DNA of 64,000 nt from Octopus sinensis (taxonomy: Eukaryota). Numbering within the stretch: position 1 is the first letter of the stretch; each line of letters opens with the position of its first letter. Of this stretch, positions 63,872 through 64,000 are shown one piece after another. The stretch lies in NCBI RefSeq assembly GCF_006345805.1, contig NC_042999.1, forward strand, positions 162,316,001 through 162,380,000, read 5' to 3'. The position numbers and the translations under genes are program-made. The notes beneath the pieces were generated by a model that saw only the letters and a list, made by a program, of their open reading frames with translations, was not told the DNA's origin and searched no databases.

Positions 63872-64000
63872 CTAGCAGTATCGCCCGGCGTTGCTCAGGT
63901 TTGTAAGGGAAATAACTATATAAGCATTTTTAGAGAGTTATAGCCAAAAATTAGCAAAAAATGCATTAAAAATGGAAAAAAAATGATGGTAAATTTTTTT
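63872..64000 (-). mobile_element. Non-autonomous Helitron (H10), cut by the window edge
   Basis: 3' CTAG and hairpin on the minus strand. Confidence 0.9.

Overview
AT-rich, microsatellite-dense animal genomic DNA. The SINE families and (TA)n/(CA)n load look like an Octopus (coleoid cephalopod) genome, which is recognition from memory rather than a database result. One host gene is supported: a CSPG4/NG2 (kon-tiki/perdido) orthologue on the minus strand, with a 4.6-kb coding exon (30251-25660) and a 2.7-kb terminal exon (23391-20669) encoding 2 laminin-G domains, an EGF-like module, CSPG repeats, a TM helix and a C-terminal QYWV PDZ ligand. The large exon carries a single -1 frameshift near 27325, and the signal-peptide exon was not confidently located. 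The rest of the window is transposable elements: 12 copies of one tRNA-derived SINE, other SINEs, 10 non-autonomous Helitrons, RTE, CR1, Tx1/L1 and Penelope fragments, a cluster of R4/Dong LINEs, a piggyBac deletion derivative with a related MITE, a hAT MITE and a Tc1 fragment. The best leads are the CSPG4 frameshift (assembly error vs cryptic 50-nt intron vs UAAUG stop-start), a degenerate minimal hammerhead ribozyme at ~35108-35238, a TSD-bounded twin-primed RTE insertion, a perfect 63-bp hairpin next to a TIR element, and nested inverted repeats at 32-36.6 kb. I found no clearly new biological system; most of the window is explained by known gene and transposon families.
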